Shown one piece after another: positions 45,645-57,110 of a stretch of DNA of 64,000 nt. The position numbers and the translations under genes are program-made. The notes beneath the pieces are model-generated. The model saw only the letters and a program-made list of their open reading frames with translations. It was not told the origin of the DNA and did not search any database. Position 1 is the first letter of the stretch. Each line of letters opens with the position of its first letter. The stretch comes from an uncultured Chloroflexia bacterium (GTDB lineage: Bacteria; Chloroflexota; UBA6077; JACCZL01): positions 256,001 to 320,000 of the forward strand of contig CAVXYC010000001.1 of assembly GCA_963765765.1 (NCBI GenBank), read 5' to 3'.

Positions 45645-45763
45645 TAGCTAGGCTGACGAGCGGTACATCGAGTTGCTCTCAATGACGCATCTGAAATGGT
45701 GCATCTCGACTTGCGCGTGCCGGTCTTTCTCCATGCGAATGTCCTTCAGAGGGATTGAGCTGG

Positions 45764-45807
45764 CCGGAGAAGCAGGCGCCGGAAGGCGGAGGCGCCTGCT
45801 TCTCCGG
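45764..45807. terminator. 17-bp hairpin downstream of SSADH
   Basis: CCGGAGAAGCAGGCGCC / GGCGCCTGCTTCTCCGG; no clear U tract. Confidence 0.55.
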
Positions 45808-45823
45808 TGAGGCTGAATGACGG

Positions 45824-47188
45824 TTAGCTAACCACCACCGTCTTGATGTTCATGAACTCGCGGATGCCATAGCTGCTCAGCTCGCGGCCGTAGCCGGACA
45901 TCTTGATGCCGCCGAACGGCAGGCGCGGGTCGGAGGCCACCAGGCCATTGATGAACGTCGACCCTGCCTCGAGCTCACGGGCAACCCGTTCGCCGCGCTC
46001 GATGTCGCGGGTGAACACGGCCGCGCCGAGTCCGAACACTGAGTCATTGGCGATGCGAATGGCGTCTTGCTCGTCCTTCGCGGTGATGATCGACGCAACC
46101 GGACCGAACAGCTCTTCATCGTAGGCTGGCATACCTGGCTTCACGTCGGTCAGCACCGTGGGCGGGTAGTACGCTCCGGCGTCAGGCGGAACTTCTCCGC
46201 CGAGGAGCACCTTCGCGCCGCGTGCGATGGAGTCCTTCACTTGCTGGTGGAGCTCATCGCGGAGTTCGTGTCGCGCCTGCGGGCCAACATCCGTGTCATC
46301 GGCCAGAGGGTCACCCATCTTCTTGGCTCTCATGAACGCCACGTACTTCTCAGTGAACGTCGCCGCGACCGGCTCCACCACGACGAAGCGCTTTGCGTTG
46401 ATGCAGCTCTGCCCGCTGTTGAGCAGCCTGGAGTTGACGCACGTCTGCGCGGCGAGCTCCAGGTCGGCGTCCTCGAGCACCAGGTACGCGTCCGATCCGC
46501 CCAGCTCCAGTACGGTCTTTTTCAGCACCGCGCCCGCCTGTGACGAGACTGCTTGACCCGCCGGCGTGCTTCCGGTCAGGGTCACCGCCTTGACCAACGG
46601 GTTCTCGATGACCGCCTGCACCTGCTTACTGCCGATGAGCAGGGTGCGGAAAACGTCCTTCGGGAACCCAGCCTGAACGAAGATTTCCTCGATCGCCATT
46701 GCGCAGCCGGGAACGTTGGACGCGTGCTTCAGAACTCCGGCGTTACCCGCCATGAGCGCGGGCGCCGCGAAACGGAACACCTGCCAGAATGGAAAGTTCC
46801 AAGGCATGACGGCCAGCACAATGCCGATTGGATCGAATGCTACGTACGATTTGGCCGAGTCCGTCTTGACCTGTTCCGAAGCAAGCTGCTTCTCGGCGTT
46901 CTCCGCGTAGTACTCGCAGCCCCAGGCACTTTTCTCCGCCTCGGCAACACCCTGCTTCAGCGGCTTGCCCATCTCCTCGGCCATCATCTGTGCGAGCTCT
47001 GTCTTTCGATCGCGCAGGATGCTGGCCGCTCGCTTCATCAGCTCTGCACGATGCGCGAAGGAGGTTGTCCGCCAGGATCTCCACGCTTCGTGCGTCTGCT
47101 TGATGATTTCGGAGACTTGCTCGGGGGTGTGCTCGTCGTAGCTCTTGATCGACTGGCCTGTAGCGGGGTTTACGGATGTGATGGGCAT
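45824..47188 (-). CDS. NAD(P)-dependent succinate-semialdehyde dehydrogenase (Sad/GabD1-like)
   Basis: MPWNFPFWQVFR, LKHASNVP, TGST, LELGGSD, GQSCINAKR, EELFGPV. Confidence 0.93.
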   Translation of the reverse strand: MPITSVNPATGQSIKSYDEHTPEQVSEIIKQTHEAWRSWRTTSFAHRAELMKRAASILRDRKTELAQMMAEEMGKPLKQGVAEAEKSAWGCEYYAENAEKQLASEQVKTDSAKSYVAFDPIGIVLAVMPWNFPFWQVFRFAAPALMAGNAGVLKHASNVPGCAMAIEEIFVQAGFPKDVFRTLLIGSKQVQAVIENPLVKAVTLTGSTPAGQAVSSQAGAVLKKTVLELGGSDAYLVLEDADLELAAQTCVNSRLLNSGQSCINAKRFVVVEPVAATFTEKYVAFMRAKKMGDPLADDTDVGPQARHELRDELHQQVKDSIARGAKVLLGGEVPPDAGAYYPPTVLTDVKPGMPAYDEELFGPVASIITAKDEQDAIRIANDSVFGLGAAVFTRDIERGERVARELEAGSTFINGLVASDPRLPFGGIKMSGYGRELSSYGIREFMNIKTVVVS

Positions 47189-47534
47189 CGGCGTTGGTGC
47201 TCCTCGAGTTAGATGCGAGTTGATAGGTACATCGTAACTCCGATGAAGCTGGGCGGCTGGAGGGAAACGCGAGAAGACGACCCCCGAGCACGGGGAGGGC
47301 TCGGGGGGCTAGCGGGGAGGGTGGTGGCCTGGCGCCTGTGCGGGCAAACTGAGCTAAGGATCAGCGAAATGTCTATTCAATGGGCAGCGCGGGCCGCATT
47401 GACCTTCGAAGCGAGAGATGTGCCGTGCGCCGAGTCGTCTGCCGTTACCCCGTGACCCGAGACAGAGGGCTCATTCCAACCTGCCCAGCGCGGGTAGCAA
47501 CGCACGATGCCGCTCCATGTTGATCCAGCTCCCG

Positions 47535-47690
47535 AAATACGGTGTCCTTCAATTGGTCGAGCGTGCGTGGTCCGATGATCGGGCTGGACGCCCCGGGCGG
47601 TCCAGGCACCAAGCAAGCGCAAGCTGAGTCAGTGAACAGCCTCGTTCCGCCGCAAGGTGTGTCAGAGTATCAATCGCGTCGAAGACGGAC
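47535..47690 (-). pseudogene. Aldo/keto reductase C-terminal remnant
   Basis: LAAERGCSLTQLALAWCLDRPG..SPIIGPRTLDQLKD. Confidence 0.7.
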
Positions 47691-47997
47691 CTCGCTTAAC
47701 CCGTTCGGTGAGATTGTGGGCACTGGAGCCCTCGCCGCGTCGTATGTAAATGACATAGATTCGGCGCCGACATGCCATTCGCCATAGTCGAGGAGCGTCC
47801 CACTGCCTTGAGCTGATCGGACGGGAAATCGGGTCGGTCTACGGTAGGAGTCGCTGCCAGAACTGGACAATAGCCTGATCGGGCTATGGGGACCGCTCGT
47901 AAGTTTCAAGGGGTCTTGCCTCACTGCTACAAACCATTCGTCGGCGGGGGGCATGCGCCGTGCTCGACGGCACAGACAGCGATCTCGGTACGGCTTT

Positions 47998-48739
47998 TCA
48001 GCACCCACGCTTCCCCATGATGTGGTTGGCCATCGTCCCGGGCGCGAGCACATGACGCTGGGCGATGCGTTTATTCGTCAGACCCCTCGGCCACCAGCGC
48101 GGTGAGCTCTCGCTCGCGGGCTTTGAGCTACAGTCCGGATCGCGCGGTGCTGTGCCGATCCCGACGACGGGCATCGTGGGTGATTGGCTCGGCACGTGCG
48201 GCGGAATTCACGATCACCGCCATCGCGATTACGCGCGCGGCAGCCTCCAGAAACTCCTGGTCCGCGGCCGTGAAGTGATTGGGGGATCCGGCGTGCGCAT
48301 CGAGCACGCCGACGGCCTGGTTGCCCACCTGCATCCGGCTGAGCACGCCGCTCCGGCTTTCCAGGGCTGTGGCGATGTCACGGCGCTCCTCGGGCTCCGT
48401 ATCGCGGTGCCCGGTGCGGACGCTGGCGCCATCCCTGAAGACCCTGACCGCCAGGCCCCCATCCGGGAGCGGCAGACGATCGACACCGATCGCCCGCTCC
48501 AGACGACCCATGGGGGAACGCGGCGCACGGACGGCGATGAGGCTTTCGGACGAAGCGTCATACAGGAAGATGTCCAGCGCATCAGCCCCCACGGCCTTGA
48601 CGATGATCGCCGACGCCGCATCGAACACGGTCTGGAGCGGCGCGGTGGGATCAACCTGCGCCAGGGCGCAGAGCGCCGCATACCGATTGGTCGCCGGGCG
48701 TGAAGCTTCGGCAGTTGGTGTAAGGAAATTCATCACCAT
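47998..48739 (-). pseudogene. GAF-LuxR regulator, frameshifted with truncated HTH
   Basis: GAF paralogous to 59222 (AVGADALDIFLYD...PMGR...RVF...RTGH); RGLTNKRIA..LAPGTMANH then early stop; GAGGTG RBS. Confidence 0.8.
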
Positions 48740-48904
48740 AGGGACACCTCGAATGATGGTCGCTGGGAATCTCAGTGGGGGGACATTGAGATGGCATGGT
48801 GCCCACTGTATTGGGGTGACTCGCGCGGGATATGTATGAAATTGCACATCCTCCCATGCAGCGTTCGGTTCATTGTTAGCTGAGCACCAGGAGGGGAGCT
48901 GTCC

Positions 48905-49196
48905 ATGCCGCCAACGGAAGTTATCGCGCTCACGGATGAGATTCACGCACGGTTTGAGCATGGCGAATTCGCCGGGCTGGGCCCGATCGCGGTGGAGGGC
49001 GGGATGTTCCTCCCCGACGCGGAGGTGGTCGCCCGGATCCTGCTCGCGGACGTCGAGGATTGGGCGGTACGCGAGTCCTGGGATCACGTCAGCCCCCCGC
49101 AGTGGAACCATCTCGACCGCGCAGCTGCGCGATTTCCTGCATGAGGTGGAGCACCTTCGCGTCGCGCACGCTCGGCGGAACCGCGTCCCGGCTTGA
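48905..49196 (+). CDS. LuxR-associated orphan small protein, copy 1 (frameshift near 49115)
   Basis: GGAGGGG RBS; GEFAGLGPIAVEGG..DAEVVARILLADVED aligns with copies 2-5; shifted frame gives LRDFLHEVEHL tail. Confidence 0.7.
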
Positions 49197-49218
49197 CGAG
49201 GCGGCGTCCCCTTCCATC

Positions 49219-50220
49219 GTGAAGTGGTTCGAGCTGGCGCTCCAGCGATCACCGATCGTCGTCTACAGTCAGGACACCGAGCTGCGGTACACCTGGATCT
49301 ACAATCCGCACCCGGATTTCGTGCCGGAGACCGTCGGCAAGACCGACGCGGAATTGCTCCGTCCGGACGAGTTCGAGCGGATCCGGGACATCAAGCGGCG
49401 CGTCATGGACACGGGCATCGGCACCCGAGAAACGGTCGTGGTGTCGGTAAGTGGCACGCCCACGTACTTCGACATGACGGTCGAACCGCTGTACGACGCA
49501 CGCGGCGCGATCATCGGCGTGACCGGCTCGTCGGCGGACATCACGGCCCTCATGCGCACCGAGCAGGCGCTGGCCCGGCGCGAGGCCCAGCTCAATGAAG
49601 CGCAGCATGTCGCGCAGATCGGCAGCTGGGAGTGGGACGTGGTCACCAACCAGCTGAGCTGGTCCGCCGAGCAGTATCGCATCATGGGTTTCGATCCGGA
49701 GGCGGGGATGCCGAGCCGTCCGGCGGCGCAGGCACGGATCCATCCCGATGATCGGGAACGAGCCATGCAGCTGTCGCAGCGGAGTGCCGAGACGGGCGAG
49801 CCGTATGCCTCTGATCTGCGCCTGGTGCATCCCGACGGCAATGAGCGCGTGATTCACAGCCGCGGCGCCGTGGTGCGCGATGCCACCGGCCGTGTGGAGC
49901 GCTTGATCGGGACGTCGCAGGACATCACCGAGCGGGTGCAGGCGGATGCCGCGCGGGCGGCCGACCGCGAGGTGCAGGCGCGCCTGGATGGCATGATCTT
50001 CGCGGCCCGGCAGCTCGCCGACCGGATGTCCGACAGCCTGGAGCGATCCTGCGGATGCATGGAGGCATTTCCCTCGGACTCGGCGACCGACGTGGAGATG
50101 CGCGTAGCACTGGACGCGGCCATGCACGACCTCCGCGAGCTGCGGCAGCTGGTGGGCGATGCGTCATCGAGCGATGGGATCGGCTTTCAGGGTGAAGCGA
50201 GTGAGCGGACACCGGGCTGA
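49219..50220 (+). CDS. PAS-PAS sensor protein without a recognisable catalytic output domain
   Basis: YSQDTELRYTWIYNP PAS; AQIGSWEWD..WSAE..IHPDD PAS_3; helical tail, no HATPase. Confidence 0.8.
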   Translation: MKWFELALQRSPIVVYSQDTELRYTWIYNPHPDFVPETVGKTDAELLRPDEFERIRDIKRRVMDTGIGTRETVVVSVSGTPTYFDMTVEPLYDARGAIIGVTGSSADITALMRTEQALARREAQLNEAQHVAQIGSWEWDVVTNQLSWSAEQYRIMGFDPEAGMPSRPAAQARIHPDDRERAMQLSQRSAETGEPYASDLRLVHPDGNERVIHSRGAVVRDATGRVERLIGTSQDITERVQADAARAADREVQARLDGMIFAARQLADRMSDSLERSCGCMEAFPSDSATDVEMRVALDAAMHDLRELRQLVGDASSSDGIGFQGEASERTPG

Positions 50221-50232
50221 GACGGCGCCACG

Positions 50233-53012
50233 ATGACCGGGATCCAAGCTCGGCAGGTGCCGAGCACGACCATCCCGAGCACCAAGCTCCGCCCTCCCGA
50301 GCTGCCCTCGGATTTCATTCCCCGGCCGCGGGTGCACCAGCGGCTGACGGCCGGCTGGGGATGCCCGCTGATGCTGGTGTGCGCGCCGGCCGGATTCGGG
50401 AAGACGATCGCGCTGGCCGGCTGGCTGCAGGACGCTCGGCGTCCCTGGGTGTGGGTCAGCCTGGACGAGCACGACAGCGACCTGGTGAGCTTCACGCGCG
50501 TGCTCGTCGCGGCGCTGGGCACCGTCGTTCCGCGGGCCGGTCACCAGGCGCTGGCGCTGGCCGCGCAGACCGAGCACCCGTCGCTCAGCCAGTTGAGCGC
50601 CCTGCTGGCCGACGATCTCGCGGGGATCGACCACGAGCTGGTCATCGTGCTGGACGACTTCCACCTGATCCGCGACGAGGCGATCCACGCGCTCGTGGCG
50701 CTGCTGGCGCGGCGTCTCCCGCCGAGCATCCAGCTGGTGCTGGCGAGCCGCGCGGCGCCGCCGCTGCCGGTGGCGCTGCTGGGCGGCCGGCACGCGCTGG
50801 TCGAGGTGCGCGCCGACGACCTGCGCTTCGATCGGGCCGAGGCGCTGGCGTTCGTGCGGGGGATGAGCACGGCCCCGCTCGATCTGCGCGGGGTCGCCGA
50901 AGCGGTCGAGCGGTCGGAGGGCTGGGCGGTGGGGCTGCGCCTGCTGACCCTGGTCGGCGGACCATCCGGGGCGCGGCGGACCGGCCGGTCCGGCGGCTCC
51001 GCAGAAGCAGGACGTGGACGCCTATCTTTTTGACGAGGTGCTGGCCCGCCAGACGCCGGAGCTGCGGCGCTTTCTGATGCAGAGCGGCGATCCTGGAGCG
51101 CTTCTGCGCGCCGCTGTGCGAGGCGGTCGTGGATGGCCTGCAGCCCGGCGACGGCCGGCGCCTGCTGGACGAGAGCCTGGCCGCCGGGCTGTTTGTGACG
51201 GCGCTCGACGACGAGCAGCGCTGGTACCGCTTCCACCACCTGTTCCGCGCCATGCTGCAACGCCGCCTCGAGCACGATGCCGGGGCGGAGGGCGTGCGGG
51301 CGCTGCGGCAGCGGGCCAGCGACTGGCTGGCCGGCCAGGGGTTGTGGGACGAGGCGGCGGCCCAGGCGATCGAGGCGGACGACGTCGGTCGGGTCACGTC
51401 GCTGGTCGAGACCTGTCTGATGACCGAGCGGAGCATCGACGTGGGATTGATGCTCGAGGCGTGGACCCGTCGGCTGCCGCGTGACGTCGTGGAGGCGAGC
51501 CCGACGCTCGTCGCTGGCCCGCTGCGGGATGCTGGCTATCCGCGGCGAGGTGGACGAGCTGGAGTCGGAGCTGCGTCGGCTCGACGCGCTGCTCGCCGCA
51601 TGAGCCGGCGCGCATGAGCGCCGGCCTTGCTGCCGATCGCGCGCGGTCAGATCGACAGGCAGCTCGCGTGGGTGCTCCATCTGAAGGGCGGCGACGATCA
51701 TGAAGCGCTCGCGCGTGCTCGAGCGCGCGCTCGACCTGCTCCCGATGGACCAGTACGACTTCCGCGGCGGCGCCGTCGCACTCTACGCCTTCACGTTGCA
51801 CTGTCTGGGACGGACCGACGAGGCGCTCGCCTGGATCCGCGCCGAGCACGGTCGCGACACGGCGCGGCATCCCGACTACGCCGCGCGCCTGCTGATTGGC
51901 CGGCTGTACGTCGAGCTCGCATCGGGGCGGCTGCCGGCCGCCGTCGAGACCGGCCGGCAGATGGTGGTCTTCGGCAGCGCGCACCAGCAGCCCCTGGCGA
52001 TCGGCTGGGGGCACTACGCCCAGGGACGGGTCGCGTACGAGTGGAACGATCTCGACGGGGCGCGCGCGCACTTCGAGGCCGTGCGGGCGCTCGGCCGCGA
52101 TGCCCATCGCCTGTGCGCGGTCAATGCGACGCTCGGGCTGGCGCAGACGCTCATGGCCGGAGGGCAGCCGGCCGAGGCGGAGCAGCTGGTGCGCGCGGAG
52201 CTCGCGGAAGCCGAGGACGCGGGCAACGCGTTCTTCGTCGAGCGCGTGCGGTCGTTTCTGGCCCGCCTGGCGCTCGCGTCGGATGACCTGGACGGCGCCA
52301 CCCGGTGGCTGGCGGGGGTCACGATCACCCGCCAGGGGATCACGGGGTTCGACATCGAGGATGCGCGGCTCACCCGCGCGCGCGTCCTGGTGGCGCGGGC
52401 CACCTCCGAGGACCTGGAGCCCGGATGAAGCGGCCGCCGCGGTGGACCACGCGATCGCGGCCGCCGACGGCGCGGCACATGATCGCCTCGCTCGTCCAGG
52501 GGCTGGCGCTGCGCGCCGTGGTCGAGCGGTCGCGCGGCGAGCTGCAGCGGGCCGCCGGGTCGCTGGCGCGGGCGCTGGAGCTCGGCGGGCCGGGGCGCTT
52601 CACGCGGACGTTCATCGATCTCGGGCCGCCGCTGACCGCGCTGCTGGCCGAGCTGATGCGCCAGGGCGAGCTGGCGCCGGGCGGACGGCGGGTGCTCATG
52701 GCCTGCCGGGCGGCGTCCGTGGGGACGGCGTTCGGCCGGCCGAGCCGGACGAATCGGTGGTGCCGCTGTCCCGCCGGCCGAGCCGGGACCCGGCTGAGCC
52801 GAGCGTCGCCGAAGCACTGACCTGGCGGGAGCTCGACGTGCTGGCGTTGATGGACGGACACCTCAGCAACGAGGAGATCACGCGGCTGCTGGGGCTGGAC
52901 GACGCGACGCGTGCAGCGGCACATCACCAGCATCGCCAGCAAGCTCCGGGTGGTCGGCCGAGACGACGCGGTGCTGCAGGCCGACGATGGTGAGACGCCG
53001 CCATCCGACTAA
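50233..53012 (+). CDS. MalT-like AAA-TPR-LuxR regulator (several frameshifts)
   Basis: TKLRPP, APAGFGKT, WVSLDEHD, VLDDFH, SEGWAVGL, WYRFHHLF, LTWRELDVL..LSNEEI; end approximate. Confidence 0.88.
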
Positions 53013-53071
53013 CGCTGGCGGCGGAGTGGGACCTCGGCTGACCACCGAGCGCATGACGGCCAGCACCGACG

Positions 53072-54285
53072 ATGGCGAGCGCCATGCGCGCTGATGGTCA
53101 CCTGACGAAGGCGTCGGTGGCGGCGGTCGTGCTCCCGGCCGCCGCCAGCCAGCTGTGGTTCGTCACGCTGCCGCCCTTCCTCCCGACGATCGCCGAGGCG
53201 ATCGGGGTGAGCACGGCGCTGGCGGGCCAGATCGTGGGCCTGCCGGTGTTGCTCGCCGCGGTGCTGATCCTGGGGGTGGGCCCGCTCATCGACGCCTACG
53301 GGCATGCGCGGGTGATGACGGTCGCCCTGGTGGCCATCGCCGTCAGCTCGCTGGGCACCGCGGTGGCCACCGGCGCCGGCGTGCTGCTCGCCGCCCGGCT
53401 GGTGGGCGCATTCGGTCGGGCCGGGGTCATCCCGGCCGCGTTCGTCGATGCCGTGGAGCGGCCCAGCCAGGAGCAGCGCCGCCACGGCACCAGCTGGGTG
53501 GTCGCGGGCGCGGCGGCGGCACCCCTCCTCGGCGTCCCGCTGCTCACGCAGGTCGGGCGCGCAGGCCGGCTGGCGTGTGGCGTTTGTCTTGATCGGCGTC
53601 CTGGCCGCGCTCGCTGCCATGCTGGCGTGGCGACAGCCTCGCGGGCATCCGTCGGCCTCGGCGCGAGCGTCCCGGCCAACGCTGCGCAGTTTCCGGCCGC
53701 TGCTGTCCCGAGCCGGCCATCACGACGGTGCTGCTCTCCTCGCTGGTGGGGAACGCCGGCCTGTGGACGGTCTCACCTACCTCGGGGTGCTCTATCAGAA
53801 CCGGCTGGGGCTTGGGCCCCAGGATGCCGGCTGGGCCCTCACCGCCTTCGGGCTCGGCCAGCTCGCCGGGTCACTGGCGGCGCGGGACCGCCGCGTCGGC
53901 CGGGCCTCGCGTCGCCTGCTGGCCGCCTGTCGTGTGGGGATCGGCGTGCTGCTGGGCCTCGCGTTCCTCATGCCCATCGGAGCGACCGGCCTGGTGGTGC
54001 TGCTCTTCGTGTGGTGGGGTGCTTGGGGGTGTGCAAGCATCCATCATGCCGCTGATCTTGAGTCGACAGCCGTCGTCGGAGACGGGGACCGTCCAATCGC
54101 TCAACTGGCTGGCGCTCACCGCCGGCATCGCCCTGGGGGCCTCGTTCGGCGGCGTCCTCCTTGCGGCCGGCGATATCCCGCTCGTGGGGTTGGGCACGCT
54201 CGGCCTCTCGTGCTTGGCTGCGACGATTCTCTTCTGGCCGCGTTCAGCGAGTCCCACCCCTGCACCACGCTGGCAGAAGTCATAG
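53072..54285 (+). CDS. MFS transporter (frameshifted)
   Basis: PFLPTIAEAIGVS, GPLIDAYG motif A variant, GWRVAF, multiple TM helices. Confidence 0.75.
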
Positions 54286-54712
54286 TTTGCTCGCGACGGC
54301 TGCCTAGCGACATGGAGAAATCTGCATCTTTACGGTCGAGACCCGGATGAGCGCCCCGGTCTGGCTCTAGTGTGCTACGCTTGTAGCAGCCGGTCTCCAC
54401 GATGGAGATAAATGGGCGTGGTTTGTTCACGCACGATGTGGCACTTTGGGTCGGCCGCCAGAGGCGTCTCACCAGGCCGTAACGCGAACTTACCTGCTCA
54501 TATTTTGTCCTAGGATTCTTTTCAGCGCCTGGGTGCGCCACACCCAAGAAGTTCCCGGGCACCAGTTACCTGAATACGCTGATTGTCTCGCCAGTGAAGC
54601 GGGGCACACGGATTGCGCTACACATGACACCCGAGCGCCGGGGCGGTGGTCGTGGTTTCCTGACCATTGACCCTTCCCACGCCGAAGCCCAGCCGGTGCC
54701 CAAAGGATTGAA

Positions 54713-54983
54713 CATGACAGAGCCACCATTGGGATCCGATCGTGCACTGCGACGTTTTCGTGTCGCTCTGGCAGCCGCCGAAGCGGCTCCATCTGCAGCG
54801 TCCGTTGCCTCGCTCAGCGAGGCGGCGCTTCTGCTGAACACCGAGCTTCGCGCTGCTTACGTGGCTGCCGGCAGTCCGTACGGCGATGACCGTGCAGGCA
54901 TGTACCGCTGGCTCCGAGAGGGCATCGGGCGACCGGACACAGGACCTGATGAGATGCAGAGCGATCGCTTCATGACGAGCTAG
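54713..54983 (+). CDS. Small hypothetical protein with AYVAAGSPYGDD..GMYRW motif
   Basis: AAAGGA RBS before the ATG; helical composition. Confidence 0.55.
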
Positions 54984-55381
54984 GTCCTACTAGCTAGGAA
55001 GGTGCCGTCCCGACCGGTTGCTACGTCGTCGCCCATAAACGATCGCCGTCTAAAATGAAGAAGCGACAAGAACCCGTTGATGGGAACCAAGCGAACTTCG
55101 CACCGGATGTCGGGCGGATTACCGCCAGCCGGTCTTCGCAGATCGCAGTCGAAGGCCCGTGCTTTACGTGTAGTCGCGCTTTACAAGCGCCACCCGATCG
55201 GGCGCACGACGACCCGGGCTGAGCTAACCTGCCGGTTCACTCTGCCTTGAAGGGGCGCGGTGCAGCGCCCATCGCGATTCGCGACGCGCAAACGTCAGGC
55301 GGCCGCGGTCCATGGCGAGGATGCAGCAGTCCCTGGATGATGTCGGAATGCGCGGTGGCTCCACCACCGCCGAGACGATGG

Positions 55382-55624
55382 TCAACGGTGCAATCCGTGC
55401 TCCATCGTCCACACCGCGATCTGTAAGCGGCTGAACAGTCCCAACGCCCGGAACATGTGCGCTATCTCGTTGGACACGGCTTCGGGCGTCAACGCGAGCC
55501 GCGCGGCAATCTCGCGGTTCGAGAGGCCCTCGGTCACGAGGGCGGCAATGTCTTCCTGGAGCGGACTAAGCACTCCTGGGCAATCGTCGCCGGAATTCGG
55601 GGGCGGATCAAGGTCGGTACGCAT
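55382..55624 (-). CDS. Solo LuxR/GerE-type HTH protein
   Basis: LSPLQEDIAALVTEGLSNREIAARLALTPEAVSNEIAHMFRALGLFSRLQIAVW; GAGGAG RBS. Confidence 0.85.
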   Translation of the reverse strand: MRTDLDPPPNSGDDCPGVLSPLQEDIAALVTEGLSNREIAARLALTPEAVSNEIAHMFRALGLFSRLQIAVWTMEHGLHR

Positions 55625-55795
55625 CGAGCCACTCCTCAGCACTGGCCGGCTGGTCTCGTCATCGGAGAACCAGCACGCACTCTCTGCGCGATGCTCCCGG
55701 TGGCAGGGCTCAGGCCCAGCAAAAACTGCCGTTCCCCAGGATAGCAGCCAGTGGGAGGAATTACCAAGGGTCTCGCTAGGAATTACCGAGCTCGG

Positions 55796-56071
55796 TCAGC
55801 CGGCAGCGTCGCGCTCGTCCCGATCCTGTCGGAGAAGCTGCCGGGCTTCCGTTCCAACGGTCCGCAGCCGCTGCTCACTGGACGGATGCGTCGGGTGCGT
55901 GCGATCCCACTCGCGGATGTCCTCGATGTCGGCGAGGACGATCCGCGCCACAAGCTCCGCTTCCATCACTGTTCCGCCGTCGAGCGTCACCGGCGGCAGC
56001 CCGTAAAAGGCGCCGCGCTGCAATCTAGCATCCAGCTCCGCGGCGAGGGCGTCTAATTCGGGCCAATCCAT
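55796..56071 (-). CDS. LuxR-associated orphan small protein, copy 2
   Basis: MDWPELDALAAELDARLQRGAFYGLPPVTLDGG..EAELVARIVLADIEDIREWD; GGAG RBS. Confidence 0.8.
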   Translation of the reverse strand: MDWPELDALAAELDARLQRGAFYGLPPVTLDGGTVMEAELVARIVLADIEDIREWDRTHPTHPSSEQRLRTVGTEARQLLRQDRDERDAAG

Positions 56072-56093
56072 CGCCAACTCCCCATTGAGTGCG

Positions 56094-56192
56094 CTACGTT
56101 TTGCGATGTGATCCGTCGGGCCGCGGTGAACGGATCACACCAGCATCGATGGTGTTCCGGCCCCAGCTCCAGTCTGCGAATCGTTAGCACCA
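56094..56192 (-). ncRNA. Candidate structured leader, variant copy
   Basis: TGGTGCT..GATTCGCAGACTG...CGGATCACATCGCAAAACGTAG homologous to the other two leaders; GGGCCG/CGGCCC stem and TGTGATCCGT/ACGGATCACA IR. Confidence 0.45.
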
Positions 56193-56570
56193 TCTCGCGA
56201 TTTAAGAGGCGCGGTGGAGGATAGTCCAGTAAGCCCGCAGGTGCGACACGTGTAATACATAACGGGTGAGTACACAGTCTGGTTGGCACAGTCTCCCTGC
56301 GTAGTGCAACGCGCAGGGCGGTTCGGATCTTCGTCGATGTCGAGCAGGTCAGTTATAGGTCGTACGGGACTTAAATGCGACGTCGCCTGCGGTGGTCACA
56401 GATCCAGCGCCCTGTATGAATGGTGCGCCCGGGGCCGAGTCGGGGGAGTCACGGCGCAACGTGTCGTCTCGGGCCCCGGGCACCACGTTAGCGGTGTAGG
56501 GGCGGACTGACTCACGGTCAGTGCGGTATCGAACACAGCGCGTCCGTCCGCTTCGACCAGGGGTCAGTGA

Positions 56571-56759
56571 TTACGATGGGTGGTCGATCGCCCACAGGGC
56601 AATCTGTACGCGGGTGATAAGTCCCAACGCCCGGAACAGGCCCACTATTTGGTCGGACACGGCTTCGGGCGTTAACGCGAGCCGCGCGGCAATCTCACGG
56701 TTCGAGAGGCCCTCGGCCACGAGCGCGGCAACGTCCGCCTGGAAAGTGTAAGCATTCAT
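56571..56759 (-). CDS. Solo LuxR/GerE-type HTH protein
   Basis: DVAALVAEGLSNREIAARLALTPEAVSDQIVGLFRALGLITRVQIALW; 1-nt indel near the start relative to the 60807 copy. Confidence 0.82.
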   Translation of the reverse strand: MNAYTFQADVAALVAEGLSNREIAARLALTPEAVSDQIVGLFRALGLITRVQIALWAIDHPS

Positions 56760-56780
56760 CGACACCATCAGACGGCAGGT

Positions 56781-57074
56781 TCAATAGATGTAGGCAGATT
56801 GTGTTGCGGCAGCGTGGCGCTCGTTCCGGCCAAGTCGCAGAAGCTGCCGAGCATGCGTTCCAACAGCTTGCAGCCATCTCTCACCGGTCGGATGCGGCCG
56901 GTTCTTACGATCCCACTCGCGGATGTGCTCAATATCGGCGAGGACGATTCGCGCCATGAGCTCCGCTTCTATAACATGTCCGCCCTCGAGCGTCACAGGC
57001 AGCCCCCGCAAGCCTCCGCGCTGTAATCGGGCTTGCAGCTTCATCGCGAGCGCGTCTAATTCCGGGCAATTCAT
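56781..57074 (-). CDS. LuxR-associated orphan small protein, copy 3
   Basis: MNCPELDALAMKLQARLQRGGLRGLPVTLEGG..EAELMARIVLADIEHIREWD. Confidence 0.8.
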   Translation of the reverse strand: MNCPELDALAMKLQARLQRGGLRGLPVTLEGGHVIEAELMARIVLADIEHIREWDRKNRPHPTGERWLQAVGTHARQLLRLGRNERHAAATQSAYIY

Positions 57075-57110
57075 TGCCAACTCCACGTGGGTGCGTCGGC
57101 CTGGTTTGAC

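Noticed and set aside
56053-56289. Cys-rich ORF (LCTHPLC...HRCWCD) as a real protein
   Set aside because: The frame is not conserved in the two homologous leaders; the HRCWCD match is explained by a DNA motif
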